Below, piece after piece: positions 1 to 8,711 of a stretch of DNA of 32,000 bases. Within the stretch, counting starts at the first letter, position 1; each line of letters opens with the position of its first letter. This DNA comes from Synechocystis sp. PCC 6803 substr. PCC-P (lineage in GTDB: Bacteria; Cyanobacteriota; Cyanobacteriia; Cyanobacteriales; Microcystaceae): contig NC_017039.1 of NCBI RefSeq assembly GCF_000284455.1, positions 2,070,001 through 2,102,000 on the forward strand, given 5' to 3'. The translations under genes and the position numbers were made by a program. The notes beneath the pieces are model-generated. The model worked only from the letters and a program-made list of their open reading frames with translations. It had not been told where the DNA came from and did no database searches.

Positions 1-714
1 GCGATCGCCCTTTTGCAATGGCAGGGGCTAAATCTGACGGGGCAATTACTGTGGGCCGGGGGACGCACCATTTTGCAACTGATTGTGGTGGGCTATTTTC
101 TCGCAGTGGTTTTTTCCTTGGATAATCCCTGGGCAGTGTTGCTAGTGTTGGCGATTATGTTAACCATTGCCGCCGTGGTGGCCAGAAATCGCATTAATCC
201 CCGCAGTAAATCCCTGTTTGGTTGGCTATGGCTTTCCTTGGGGGCCAGTACTGCCATCAGTTTGGGTTACGCCCTGGTGGTGATTATCCAGCCGCCCCAA
301 TGGTATTCCCCTCAATATCTCATTCCCCTCACTGGCATGATTCTGGGACAAACCATGAACAGCGCTTCCTTAGCCGGTGAAAGATTAGCCAGTGCCATTC
401 AGCAAAATCCCCGGGAAATTGAAACCCACCTTTGCTTAGGAGCTACCCCCGGCCAGGCGATCGCCAGTTATCGTAGGGCCGCTATCCGAGCCAGTCTGAT
501 TCCCACTGTGAACCAAATGATGGTGGTGGGCTTGGTCAGTTTGCCGGGAATGTTAACCGGGCAAGTGTTAGCTGGGGGTGATCCCCTCAATGCCTCGGTC
601 TATCAAATTTTGATTATGTTCTTAATTTTATTGACCAACACCCTTAGTACCATTGCAGTCACCGCCACGGTTTACCGTCAGTATTTCAATCAACATCAAC
701 AACTTTTAGTGTAA
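1..714 (+). CDS. FetB/YbbM-like (UPF0014) ABC transporter permease, 5' end cut by the window edge
   Basis: ORF 13..714. The frame is open to base 1. The protein has several hydrophobic helices and the motifs 'PLTGMILGQTMNSASLAGERL' and 'EIETHLCLGATPGQA...LIPTVNQMMVVGLVSLPGMLTGQVLAGGDP', typical of the UPF0014 family. Confidence 0.85.
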   Translation, partial: AIALLQWQGLNLTGQLLWAGGRTILQLIVVGYFLAVVFSLDNPWAVLLVLAIMLTIAAVVARNRINPRSKSLFGWLWLSLGASTAISLGYALVVIIQPPQWYSPQYLIPLTGMILGQTMNSASLAGERLASAIQQNPREIETHLCLGATPGQAIASYRRAAIRASLIPTVNQMMVVGLVSLPGMLTGQVLAGGDPLNASVYQILIMFLILLTNTLSTIAVTATVYRQYFNQHQQLLV

Positions 715-987
715 CCACGAATAGCCAGCTTTTTAAAAGCCCAAACCGGGCATCGAAAAATTAACTATTTTGTCTTTTGATCGGTACTAGGTTTTATCCC
801 CAATTTGGGTCGTCATCATTCAAGGAATCCCCATTGTCCCCTGGGAAATTTTGCTATGATCTGCCTAGCTTTGCAGTCGAAAAACCCCAGTAATGTCTCT
901 ACTTTTGCTGGTGTTCCCCGGAAGCCCAACGTCTGTTAAGGCTGATTTTTCTGCCGTCATTTCCCACACAAATTTTTTCACCCCTCT

Positions 988-2430
988 ATGACCGCTACCC
1001 TCTCCCGGGCCGCTTGGGCCAGCAATTTCAGCCAAAACGCAGTGGAATTTGACCGCACTGGATTGGAGCTGATCTCAGGACAAATTCCGGCGGAATTAAA
1101 GGGGAGTTTGTATCGCAATGGGCCGGGCCGCCTCAGTCGGGGTTCGGAAAAAGTCGGCCATTGGTTTGATGGGGATGGGGCGATTCTGGCGGTGCATTTT
1201 GGCGAAGGGCAAGCCCAAGGACTTTATCGTTACGTGCAAACCCAAGGTTACGCAGAGGAAGAAAAAGCAGGACGTTATCTTTACGGTAACTACGGCATGG
1301 TTGATCCTCAAGGGGTTTGGCATTACTGGAAAAGTTTGTTGACCCAGACCGATGTACTCAAAAATGCTTCTAATACCTCGGTAATGGCTCTGCCCGATCG
1401 CCTATGGACCCTGTGGGAAGCGGGGCATCCCTACGCTTTGGATCTAGAGAATTTAGCTACGTTGGGCACGGAGGATTTTGGCGGGGCTTTTCAACCGGGG
1501 CAACCTTTTTCCGCCCATCCTCTGCGGGATCCGGTCACGGGGGAAATTTTTAGTATTGGGGTGGATTTCCAATTTAACCTCAACCTTTACCGTCTAGACC
1601 GCCAGGGCAACTTGCTCAAGCACCGTCGTTTGAAACTGAGCCGCACTCCCTTCTGCCATAGTTTTTGCATGGCGGGGCGTTATCTGGTCCTGTTTTTACC
1701 CCCTATCACCCTCAATCAATTTTCTTTACTGTTGGGTAATGTGGCCTATGCCGATGCTCTGGGTTGGGATGCCCAAGGGGGAACAAAGATTGTGGTGTTC
1801 GATCGCCAAACGTTGGAAATTGTCAGTAAAGGGGAAACGGAATCCTGGTTCCAATGGCACTACGGCAACGGCTGTGAGTTGGACGATGGCAATGTGCGGC
1901 TCGATTTTGTTCGGTTCAACGATTTCGCCCAAACCAATGAATATTTGCGTGAAGTACCCACCGGAGCGGTGAAAACCTCCACGGATGGTCAACTATGGCA
2001 AGCTATCCTCAATCCCCAAACGGCCAAAATAGTTGAGTTAACCAATGTGCTGAGCCGCAGTGGGGAATTTCCGGTGATTAATCCCCAACGGACTGGGCAA
2101 CCGTGGCGCTATACCTATATGGCTCTGCAACGACCGGCGGAAATCCTTGGTTCCCAATGGTTTGGGGAAATTGCCCGCATTGATTACCACACAGGGGATG
2201 TAACCACAGCTAAGCTAGGAGAGCATCAGTATCCCGTGGAACCCCTTTACATTCCCCACCCGGATGACGGCGGTCGGGGTTGGATTATCACTGTGGTCTA
2301 TGACGGCGATCGCCATGGCAGTGAGGTGTGGCTATGGGATGCGGATCGTTTGCAGGCAGAACCCATTTGTCGTTTAGCTTTACCCCAGGTAATTCCCTTT
2401 AGTTTCCATGGCACTTGGCGATCGGTTTAG
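988..2430 (+). CDS. Carotenoid cleavage dioxygenase / apocarotenoid oxygenase family (RPE65-like)
   Basis: 480-aa ORF with 'LKGSLYRNGPGR...HWFDGDGAI', 'AHPLRDPVTGE', 'SFCMAGRYLV', 'WFQWHYGNGCELDDGNVRLDFVRF' and C-terminal 'PFSFHGTW'. Confidence 0.93.
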   Translation: MTATLSRAAWASNFSQNAVEFDRTGLELISGQIPAELKGSLYRNGPGRLSRGSEKVGHWFDGDGAILAVHFGEGQAQGLYRYVQTQGYAEEEKAGRYLYGNYGMVDPQGVWHYWKSLLTQTDVLKNASNTSVMALPDRLWTLWEAGHPYALDLENLATLGTEDFGGAFQPGQPFSAHPLRDPVTGEIFSIGVDFQFNLNLYRLDRQGNLLKHRRLKLSRTPFCHSFCMAGRYLVLFLPPITLNQFSLLLGNVAYADALGWDAQGGTKIVVFDRQTLEIVSKGETESWFQWHYGNGCELDDGNVRLDFVRFNDFAQTNEYLREVPTGAVKTSTDGQLWQAILNPQTAKIVELTNVLSRSGEFPVINPQRTGQPWRYTYMALQRPAEILGSQWFGEIARIDYHTGDVTTAKLGEHQYPVEPLYIPHPDDGGRGWIITVVYDGDRHGSEVWLWDADRLQAEPICRLALPQVIPFSFHGTWRSV

Positions 2431-2520
2431 GAAAATTTTCCGTCAGCATAGTCAATTAAGGGCAACTTTCCTGGTCAAGGGACACAGTTACAATGGAGCA
2501 AAATCTCAATGGAGAGCTGA

Positions 2521-2784
2521 ATGAAAGCAATTACAACCACCCAAGCCAAAGATCATTTGGATGAATTAATTAATGCTGTCATTTCTGATCTAGAACCAAC
2601 CATCGTTAGCAACAATCAAGGTCAGCAGGCGGTATTAATATCATTGGATGAATTTAATTCTTGGCAAGAAACCCTTTACTTACTCTCTAATCCAACCAAC
2701 GCAGAACATTTAATGGCATCGATTAAGCAAGCTGAAACTGGACAGATCATTAAGCAAAAATTACCAGATTTATTGGAACTGTGA
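2521..2784 (+). CDS. Phd/YefM-family antitoxin
   Basis: 87-aa ORF 'MKAITTTQAKDHLDELINAVISDLEPTIVSNNQGQQAVLISLDEFNSWQETLYLLSNPTNAEHL'. Its stop overlaps the downstream GTG start of a YoeB-like toxin (GTGA). Confidence 0.93.
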   Translation: MKAITTTQAKDHLDELINAVISDLEPTIVSNNQGQQAVLISLDEFNSWQETLYLLSNPTNAEHLMASIKQAETGQIIKQKLPDLLEL

Positions 2785-3041
2785 AAATCGCCTTTACCGA
2801 GCTATCTTGGCATGATTACCTCTGGTTTCAGCAAAATGATAAAAAACTTCTCAAAAGAATTAATTTACTCATTAAGGCAATTGCCAGGGATCCTTTTGAT
2901 GGTATAGGAAAACCAGAACCACTCAAAGCAAATCTTTCCGGTTACTGGTCGAGGCGCATCAATTCTGAGCATCGTTTGGTGTACACGATTGCTGATCGAG
3001 ATTTACTAATTATTTCCTGCCGATTCCATTATCAAAGGTAA
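2781..3041 (+). CDS. Txe/YoeB-family mRNA interferase toxin
   Basis: 86-aa ORF 'MKIAFTELSWHDYLWFQQNDKKLLKRINLLIKAIARDPFDGIGKPEPLKANLSGYWSRRINSEHRLVYTI...CRFHYQR', the canonical YoeB pattern. Confidence 0.95.
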   Translation: MKIAFTELSWHDYLWFQQNDKKLLKRINLLIKAIARDPFDGIGKPEPLKANLSGYWSRRINSEHRLVYTIADRDLLIISCRFHYQR

Positions 3042-3207
3042 AACCACGCTTCGTACAGAGTTTTTAATGAATACTTGGCGTCAACTAATGCGGTAAAATT
3101 ACCTGAAACAAGATATTAGATGCCTTGAGAAGGCTTCCAATGTATTTTGTCTTTACTTAGACATTTTTTAAAAACCTTTTAAAGCAGTCATTATTCAATA
3201 ACTATTT

Positions 3208-3798
3208 ATGTCCCATTCCACTGATCTTTCCGCCCTAGCCCGTTGGATGGCCGCCGATTTTAGCAACCAGGCCCAAGCCTTTGAAAATCCCCCTTTTTAT
3301 GCCCATATCCGGGTGGCCATTCGTCCCCTCGACCAAGCAAAGTTTGGCGATCGCCTTTTATTTTTAGAACAGGCCTACGACTTTATGTTGCAGAGGCCCT
3401 ATCGCCTACGGGTGCTGAAATTAAAGGTGGTGGAAGATCATATTGAAATTGAAAACTTTAAAGTCAAAGATGAGGAAAAATTCTATGGTGCGGCCAGGGA
3501 TTTGGGCAAACTAGCTCAACTAACCCCCGCTGATCTCGAACCCATGCATGGCTGTGACATGATTGTGGAATGGACCGGCACTAGCTTTAAAGGGGAAGTG
3601 CAACCGGGACGGCAATGCCGAGTGATGCGGGACGGCAAGGAAACCTATCTGGAAAATAGTTTTGAAGTGAGCGAAACGGGATTAATTAGCCTCGACCGTG
3701 GTTACGATCCAGAAACCAACGAACGGGTTTGGGGCTCCGTGGCCGGTGCTTTTCATTTTGTCCGGTGGCAGAGTTTCGCCGATGAAGTTAGTTTTTAG
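3208..3798 (+). CDS. cpcT: CpcT/CpeT-family phycobiliprotein (phycocyanin beta) lyase
   Basis: 196-aa ORF with 'LARWMAADFSNQAQAFENPPFYAHIRVAIRPL', 'GDRLLFLEQAYDFMLQRPYRLRVLKL' and 'MHGCDMIVEWTGTSFKGEVQPGRQCRV'. Confidence 0.9.
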   Translation: MSHSTDLSALARWMAADFSNQAQAFENPPFYAHIRVAIRPLDQAKFGDRLLFLEQAYDFMLQRPYRLRVLKLKVVEDHIEIENFKVKDEEKFYGAARDLGKLAQLTPADLEPMHGCDMIVEWTGTSFKGEVQPGRQCRVMRDGKETYLENSFEVSETGLISLDRGYDPETNERVWGSVAGAFHFVRWQSFADEVSF

Positions 3799-4334
3799 CC
3801 AGCCTCGACTTTGTTGTTTCCCGGAGGAAACAGGTAGATTGCCCCGGAAATGAGCGTTAAAACCACTGCTATCCAGAAGATGACCGTGCCAATTTGGCCA
3901 TAAATTTCTGGCAACGGTGCTAACAACAAGGCGATCGCCGTGATTTGGGTAACGGTTTTTACTTTGCCCCAGAGATTGGCCCCGGCAATTTCTGTTTGAC
4001 TGGCAAGCTGGGGATTAACCCGCCAACCGGCGATGACTAACTCTCTGGCCAAAATTAAACCCACTGCCCAGGGGGGAACTACCTGCCAAGTTAACAAAAT
4101 TAATAACGGGGCTAATACCAGTAATTTATCCACCAACGGATCAAGGAATTTGCCCAACTCCGTCACCTGATTTAACCGGCGGGCTAGGTAACCATCCAAC
4201 CAGTCAGTGCTGGCGGCCAGCAAAAAAATCCCCACTCCCCACCAACGGGTTTCGGCTTCTGGAGTCGGTAGCCAAAGAAATAGCAGGGGTAAAGCCAATA
4301 AACGGGAAACAGTTACCCAGTTGGGTATATTCAT
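3795..4334 (-). CDS. pgsA: CDP-diacylglycerol--glycerol-3-phosphate 3-phosphatidyltransferase
   Basis: 179-aa ORF with the CDP-alcohol phosphatidyltransferase motif 'DWLDGYLARRLNQVTELGKFLDPLVDKLLV'. Its 3' end overlaps the 3' end of cpcT by 4 nt. Confidence 0.93.
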   Translation of the reverse strand: MNIPNWVTVSRLLALPLLFLWLPTPEAETRWWGVGIFLLAASTDWLDGYLARRLNQVTELGKFLDPLVDKLLVLAPLLILLTWQVVPPWAVGLILARELVIAGWRVNPQLASQTEIAGANLWGKVKTVTQITAIALLLAPLPEIYGQIGTVIFWIAVVLTLISGAIYLFPPGNNKVEAG

Positions 4335-4373
4335 CGAGAAAACGGTGTATTAGGACTAAATTTGCGCATTGAA

Positions 4374-6167
4374 CTAATAATGATCGCCAGATTTCCGGTG
4401 ATGCACCGCCGTTACCCCATCTTTGAGTAGGGCACCCCGGTCAGTCACGGCGTAAAGAACCCAATGGTCACCGCACTCCAGCCGTTGTTGTACCCGACAT
4501 TCCAAATAAGCCAGGGATTCCGTCAAAATTGGTGCGCCATTTTCCGCCGTTTCCGTGGCCACGTCTGCAAACCGATCGCCGCCGGGGGCAAAGGGTTTGA
4601 GAAAATGTTTCATCAGTCCCAGATGGTTGCCTTCCTGCAAAATATTCAACACAAAGCAACTGTTTTTGTGTAGCAAAGATTCGATCGCCCTTTCTTTGGC
4701 AACGGCAACGGTCAAACCAGGGGGGGAAAAGGTAGCTTGGGAAACCCAGGAAGCTAACATGGCACTGCTCAATTCCCCTTGCTGGGCGGTAACCACACAG
4801 AGGGAACCCACTAAACGGCCTAACGCTTGTTCGGTGCGGGCAGATTCCGACTCCGGCAGAGCAGATTTAGGTTGACGGCGTTTTTCTGCCTTTTTCAGAG
4901 CTTGGGCAAAATCCGTACCGGCCTCTTCGCACATTTTCAAAGTTTGGTCGGTGGGCTTAAATTTCACCCGGATGGTGTCAAAGCCAAAGCTAAAGCCCGC
5001 ATCCCGAAATTTGTTTTCCAGCATATCGATCGCCTCTCCACTCCAACCGAAGGAACCAAACACGCCGCACAGTTGGGTTTTGGACGCATTGGCCAGGGTG
5101 ATGCCCAGGGCCGTTTGAATGGGGGTGGGGGCATGGCCGCCCAGAGTAGGGGAACCAAAAATAAAGCCAGCGGATTTACCGATCGCCTCCTTAATTTCCT
5201 CTGCGTTGCTAGTTTCCGCATTGATGGCCGTTACCGCTACCCCAGCTTTAGTAATGCCTCTGGCGATCGCCTGGGCCAGGGTGCTGGTATTACCGTAGGC
5301 AGAAGCGTAAATTAAGGCCACGTTCAAAGCTTGGGCCTGTTGTTCACTGAGCCATTGCTGATAGTTACGGGTCAACTCCCGCAAACCGTAGCGCACCAGG
5401 GGGCCATGGCTGGGGGCATAGGTCTGGGCTGGATAGGCTTCTAACTTATTCAGGGCGGCACTAACCTGGGCGGCGGCGGGGGCCAACAGACAATCAAAGT
5501 AATAGCGGCGGTCTTCTTGGTAAATAGTCCAACCTTCATCGAACACTTGGTCACCACAAACGTGGGCCCCGAACAGTTTATCGGTGAATAAAATTTCGGT
5601 GCGGGGATCGTAGGTGCAGAGTTGCCCTGGGTACCGGGGGCTAGGGGTGGGGATAAAGGTCAATTCATGGCCCCGGCCCAAATCCAGGTGGTCATTACCT
5701 TTCATCACTTGGATAGGATTATTGACTTCAGCATCCGCCAGCAATTTTTCTAAATTTTGAGCGGCGGGGTTAGAGCAGATAATGGTTGCCTGGGGAGCTA
5801 GGCTCAACAAAAGCTTCAGGGTATGGGCCCGGTTGGCGTTGACGTGGCCCAAAATGACGTAATCCAGGCTGTTGAGGTCTAACCGTTGAATTAGGGTGCC
5901 GACAAAATTATCGGTGAAGGATTCCCCCGGCGGGTCAAAGAGGGCAATCTTATCAGCACTGATCAGGTAACTATTGGCAGTGGTGCCCCGTTGCAAACCA
6001 TACTCAATTTCAAACTTCAACCTGTCCCAGGTGCGGGAGCGAAACACAGTGGTGTCAACGGCGATCGGGCAGATTTGAACGTCTTTGGCAGGCATGGTGA
6101 GGGGAGGGAAAAGACAACTGACCAACAACGGTAGTTGGACTGTCTCCAGTTTTGCATGGATTCCCAC
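4374..6167 (-). CDS. flv1: Class C flavodiiron protein: beta-lactamase-like, flavodoxin and flavin-reductase domains. The start may be an internal ATG (MPAKDVQ...).
   Basis: 597-aa ORF: N-terminal metallo-beta-lactamase-like domain, flavodoxin 'YASAYGNTSTLAQAIARG...GSPTLGGHAPTPIQTAL', C-terminal flavin reductase-like region. The diiron ligands are substituted (see findings). Confidence 0.9.
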   Translation of the reverse strand: MGIHAKLETVQLPLLVSCLFPPLTMPAKDVQICPIAVDTTVFRSRTWDRLKFEIEYGLQRGTTANSYLISADKIALFDPPGESFTDNFVGTLIQRLDLNSLDYVILGHVNANRAHTLKLLLSLAPQATIICSNPAAQNLEKLLADAEVNNPIQVMKGNDHLDLGRGHELTFIPTPSPRYPGQLCTYDPRTEILFTDKLFGAHVCGDQVFDEGWTIYQEDRRYYFDCLLAPAAAQVSAALNKLEAYPAQTYAPSHGPLVRYGLRELTRNYQQWLSEQQAQALNVALIYASAYGNTSTLAQAIARGITKAGVAVTAINAETSNAEEIKEAIGKSAGFIFGSPTLGGHAPTPIQTALGITLANASKTQLCGVFGSFGWSGEAIDMLENKFRDAGFSFGFDTIRVKFKPTDQTLKMCEEAGTDFAQALKKAEKRRQPKSALPESESARTEQALGRLVGSLCVVTAQQGELSSAMLASWVSQATFSPPGLTVAVAKERAIESLLHKNSCFVLNILQEGNHLGLMKHFLKPFAPGGDRFADVATETAENGAPILTESLAYLECRVQQRLECGDHWVLYAVTDRGALLKDGVTAVHHRKSGDHY

Positions 6168-6192
6168 TGTTAACTAACCCTGCGGCTCGGGA

Positions 6193-7947
6193 TTAAACTT
6201 GGGAGGCTTGGCGACGGGCGGCGGATTTTTCCAATAAAGATTGGGCAAAGGCTAACGCTTCTTTGGCGGAATGGCCCCCGGTGAGTTGGGCTAATTCCTG
6301 TTGGCGATCGCCGTCGGATTGGAGGGGAGTAATGCGAATAACGGTGCGTAAATCTTCGTCAAGCTGGGGATTGGTGGGATCGGCAATATTTTCATTAATG
6401 ACCACTTTGTCCACATGGAAATGGGCATCGGCCAGGGCCGCCACCAAAGGTTGATGGGTGACACAGAGCAGTTGTTGGCGCTGACTGAGTTGGGCTAGCT
6501 TGTCGGCGATCGCCTGGGCTACTTTGCCGGATACTCCCACGTCGATTTCATCAAAAATTAAGGTTTGGCTGGGGGGAGCCAGTTCACTAAAACAGGCTTT
6601 GAGGGCCAGGAGGAATCGGCTCATTTCCCCACCGGAGGCAGTGGCGGCCAAGGGTTGAATTTTTTCCCCGGTGTTGGGGCTGAAATAAAACACCACCTGT
6701 TCTGCGCCGAAACTACTGGGGGCACTGGACTCCAATTGGCAAACAAAAATTACCTTTTCCATGGCCAGGGGCTTGAGTTCTTGTACCAACCTTTTTTCTA
6801 GTTTTTGCGCCGTTTTTTGGCGAATTAAAGTTAACTGACCACAATGTTTAATTAATTCTTGCTCTGCCTTGGTCAAAGATTCCTGCAACTGGGCGAGGGA
6901 TTGTTCTCCATCCGTCAACTGGTCATATTCAGCTTGGATTTTTTCTTGGTAGGCAATCGCTTCGGTTAAGCTAGGGCCATATTTACGACAAATCCTTTTC
7001 AGCACCTGCAATCTTGCTTCCACTTCCCCTAACCGCTCTGGATCAGCTTCCAAATTATCTCCATAGCGTTGCACTTGCCGTCCTGCTTCAATTACTTGGG
7101 TTAAAGCTGTTTGTACCAGTTCCAATAAGGGATTAAGGCTACTGTCAAATTCCGCCATGGTTTGCAACTGTCCTTCCGCATCCCCCAACAAATCGGCGAT
7201 CGCCGGGGTATCCCGTTCACTTTGGTACAAAAGCTGGGTGGCTTGATAGCTTAACTGTTGTAGTTCCACCACATGGGAAAGTTTTTCCTGTTCTTGGATT
7301 AACAATTCCCATTCATCGCCATCGGTTAATTCTGCTTCGGTCAATTCCTGTAACTGATAGGTTAAAAAATCCAGCCGTTGTAAACGATTTTGTTCCGATT
7401 GTTGCCTGGCTGTTAAAGCTTGTTTGGCTTGGGTAAATTCTTTATAAGTTATTTCCACCGCTTGACGTTTTTCTAATAAGTTTTGCCCGCCAAATAAATC
7501 CAGTAGTTGCCGTTGTTGCCCCGGATCTAATAGTTGTTGAGTTTGGCCCTGGGCTGTAATTTCCACCAATTGGCTCCGCAATTCTGCCAAAATTTGGCGA
7601 TTTACCAACACTCCATTCAGGCGGGAACGGGAATTTAATGAGCTTCCTTTTTTGCTAAATTCCCTCGTGCAGGCAATGGTGTTGTCTTCCAATGGTTCAA
7701 TGGCTTGGGTTGCTAACCAATCATTAAGCTCGGTACTGGTGGAAAAAATTCCTTCAATCACACCGCTGGAACACCCCTGGCGCAAAACCCTCGCTCCGGC
7801 CTTTCCTCCTAGTAATAAATCAATCGCATCAAGCAAAATTGATTTCCCGGCGCCGGTTTCCCCCGTCAATACATTCAAGCCTTGCCCAAAGTTAATTTCT
7901 AAGCAATCAATCAAAGCAAAGTTATTGATCCGCAGGGATAGTAGCAT
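6193..7947 (-). CDS. recN: DNA repair protein RecN
   Basis: 584-aa ORF with 'LRINNFALIDCLEINFGQGLNVLTGETGAGKSILLDAIDLLLGGKAG' (Walker A) and 'LIFDEIDVGVSGKVAQAIADKLAQLSQRQQLLCVTHQP' (Walker B). Confidence 0.97.
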   Translation of the reverse strand: MLLSLRINNFALIDCLEINFGQGLNVLTGETGAGKSILLDAIDLLLGGKAGARVLRQGCSSGVIEGIFSTSTELNDWLATQAIEPLEDNTIACTREFSKKGSSLNSRSRLNGVLVNRQILAELRSQLVEITAQGQTQQLLDPGQQRQLLDLFGGQNLLEKRQAVEITYKEFTQAKQALTARQQSEQNRLQRLDFLTYQLQELTEAELTDGDEWELLIQEQEKLSHVVELQQLSYQATQLLYQSERDTPAIADLLGDAEGQLQTMAEFDSSLNPLLELVQTALTQVIEAGRQVQRYGDNLEADPERLGEVEARLQVLKRICRKYGPSLTEAIAYQEKIQAEYDQLTDGEQSLAQLQESLTKAEQELIKHCGQLTLIRQKTAQKLEKRLVQELKPLAMEKVIFVCQLESSAPSSFGAEQVVFYFSPNTGEKIQPLAATASGGEMSRFLLALKACFSELAPPSQTLIFDEIDVGVSGKVAQAIADKLAQLSQRQQLLCVTHQPLVAALADAHFHVDKVVINENIADPTNPQLDEDLRTVIRITPLQSDGDRQQELAQLTGGHSAKEALAFAQSLLEKSAARRQASQV

Positions 7948-8115
7948 GAAAAATTAGCCAATAATTTGAACGTTATGCTATGGGAAACTGTCGTTACGAT
8001 AACTAAGTCTAGAATATAAGTGCAAAATAAAGTACGTCAGCCTTTCATACCCGATTCGGCATGGATTTTGATTTTACCGATGTCCGCCCCGATAAGTCCA
8101 TTAAATAACCTTATA

Positions 8116-8237
8116 AGAGCCTGTTCGAAAAGCTCCCCTAACCTCCCAAATTTGGGGGGAAACTGAATGAAAGTCCCCCAGTATTGGGGGATTTAGGGGG
8201 CGGAATAAAACTTTCCAAACATGTTCTGAAAAGTTTT
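8116..8237. repeat. Intergenic C/G-run hairpin mosaic bounded by TGTTC(T)GAAAAG direct repeats
   Basis: 'gcctgttcgaaaagctcccctaacctcccaaatttggggggaaactgaatgaaagtcccccagtattgggggatttagggggcgg...catgttctgaaaag' contains the hairpin CCCCCAGTATTGGGGG. The ends carry TGTTCGAAAAG and TGTTCTGAAAAG. Confidence 0.45.
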
Positions 8238-8341
8238 TAAATTTGCTTGCTGTCCACTGATGTGGGGGCAGGGCAGGGCAGTAATTTACTTGGGCGAATT
8301 GATGGTTGGTCCTGTGATTGAACGGAAGATTCTTTTCGAGT

Positions 8342-8488
8342 TTAGTTACCAATTGGTTTATGCCCCAGCAGGGCATTTTTGATTTTGCCTAACTCCTTGA
8401 CTAGTAATGGTTTTGGGCTTTTAGCCAGATTTATCTCTAACTCCTCTGCTACTTTTTTGATTCTGTCTGGGTAGGTTAGGCTTAGGGT
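8342..8488 (-). pseudogene. Possible decayed coding fragment, family unknown
   Basis: Minus-strand open stretch without a start codon: 'TLSLTYPDRIKKVAEELEINLAKSPKPLLVKELGKIKNALLGHKPIGN*'. Helical, protein-like composition in an otherwise long intergenic region. Confidence 0.25.
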
Positions 8489-8508
8489 TTAATGAATGGT
8501 TGGAGGGC

Positions 8509-8524
8509 TGTGATCCAGATCACA
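8509..8524. promoter_or_regulatory. CRP/SYCRP1-type cAMP receptor protein binding site
   Basis: TGTGAtccagaTCACA matches TGTGA-N6-TCACA exactly. Confidence 0.8.
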
Positions 8525-8545
8525 TACGTGGGTTAACCGGGATAA

Positions 8546-8551
8546 TAAAAT
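8546..8551 (+). promoter_or_regulatory. Putative -10 element of the pilin-like gene
   Basis: TAAAAT, with a TSS expected near 8558. That would place the CRP palindrome centre at about -41.5. Confidence 0.45.
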
Positions 8552-8711
8552 ACAGTTTGGTGAAATGAAGGGTGGTGGTAGAGAGTTGACCCAGCTTCAA
8601 ACAAGAACCAAAGTTCAGTGTTCCTAATGTAATTCGTTTGTTTTTATTTTCTTTTATTGATTGCTTTCCTATCTCGCTCACTTTATTTTTACTCACAGTT
8701 GAAGATCAATT

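Noticed and set aside
4464-5315. Several plus-strand ORFs (69, 106, 162 aa) opposite flv1
   Set aside because: They lie fully inside the strongly supported flv1 CDS and show no domain-like sequence.
8114-8125. TAAGAGCCTGTT shared with 30439..30450
   Set aside because: 12-bp coincidences are expected by chance many times in 32 kb, and the similarity does not extend.
8101-8376. 91-aa minus-strand ORF in the recN/pilin intergenic region
   Set aside because: Much of it translates the C/G-run palindromic repeat, and it shows no recognisable transposase or domain motif. The neighbouring frame (8342..8488) looks more protein-like.
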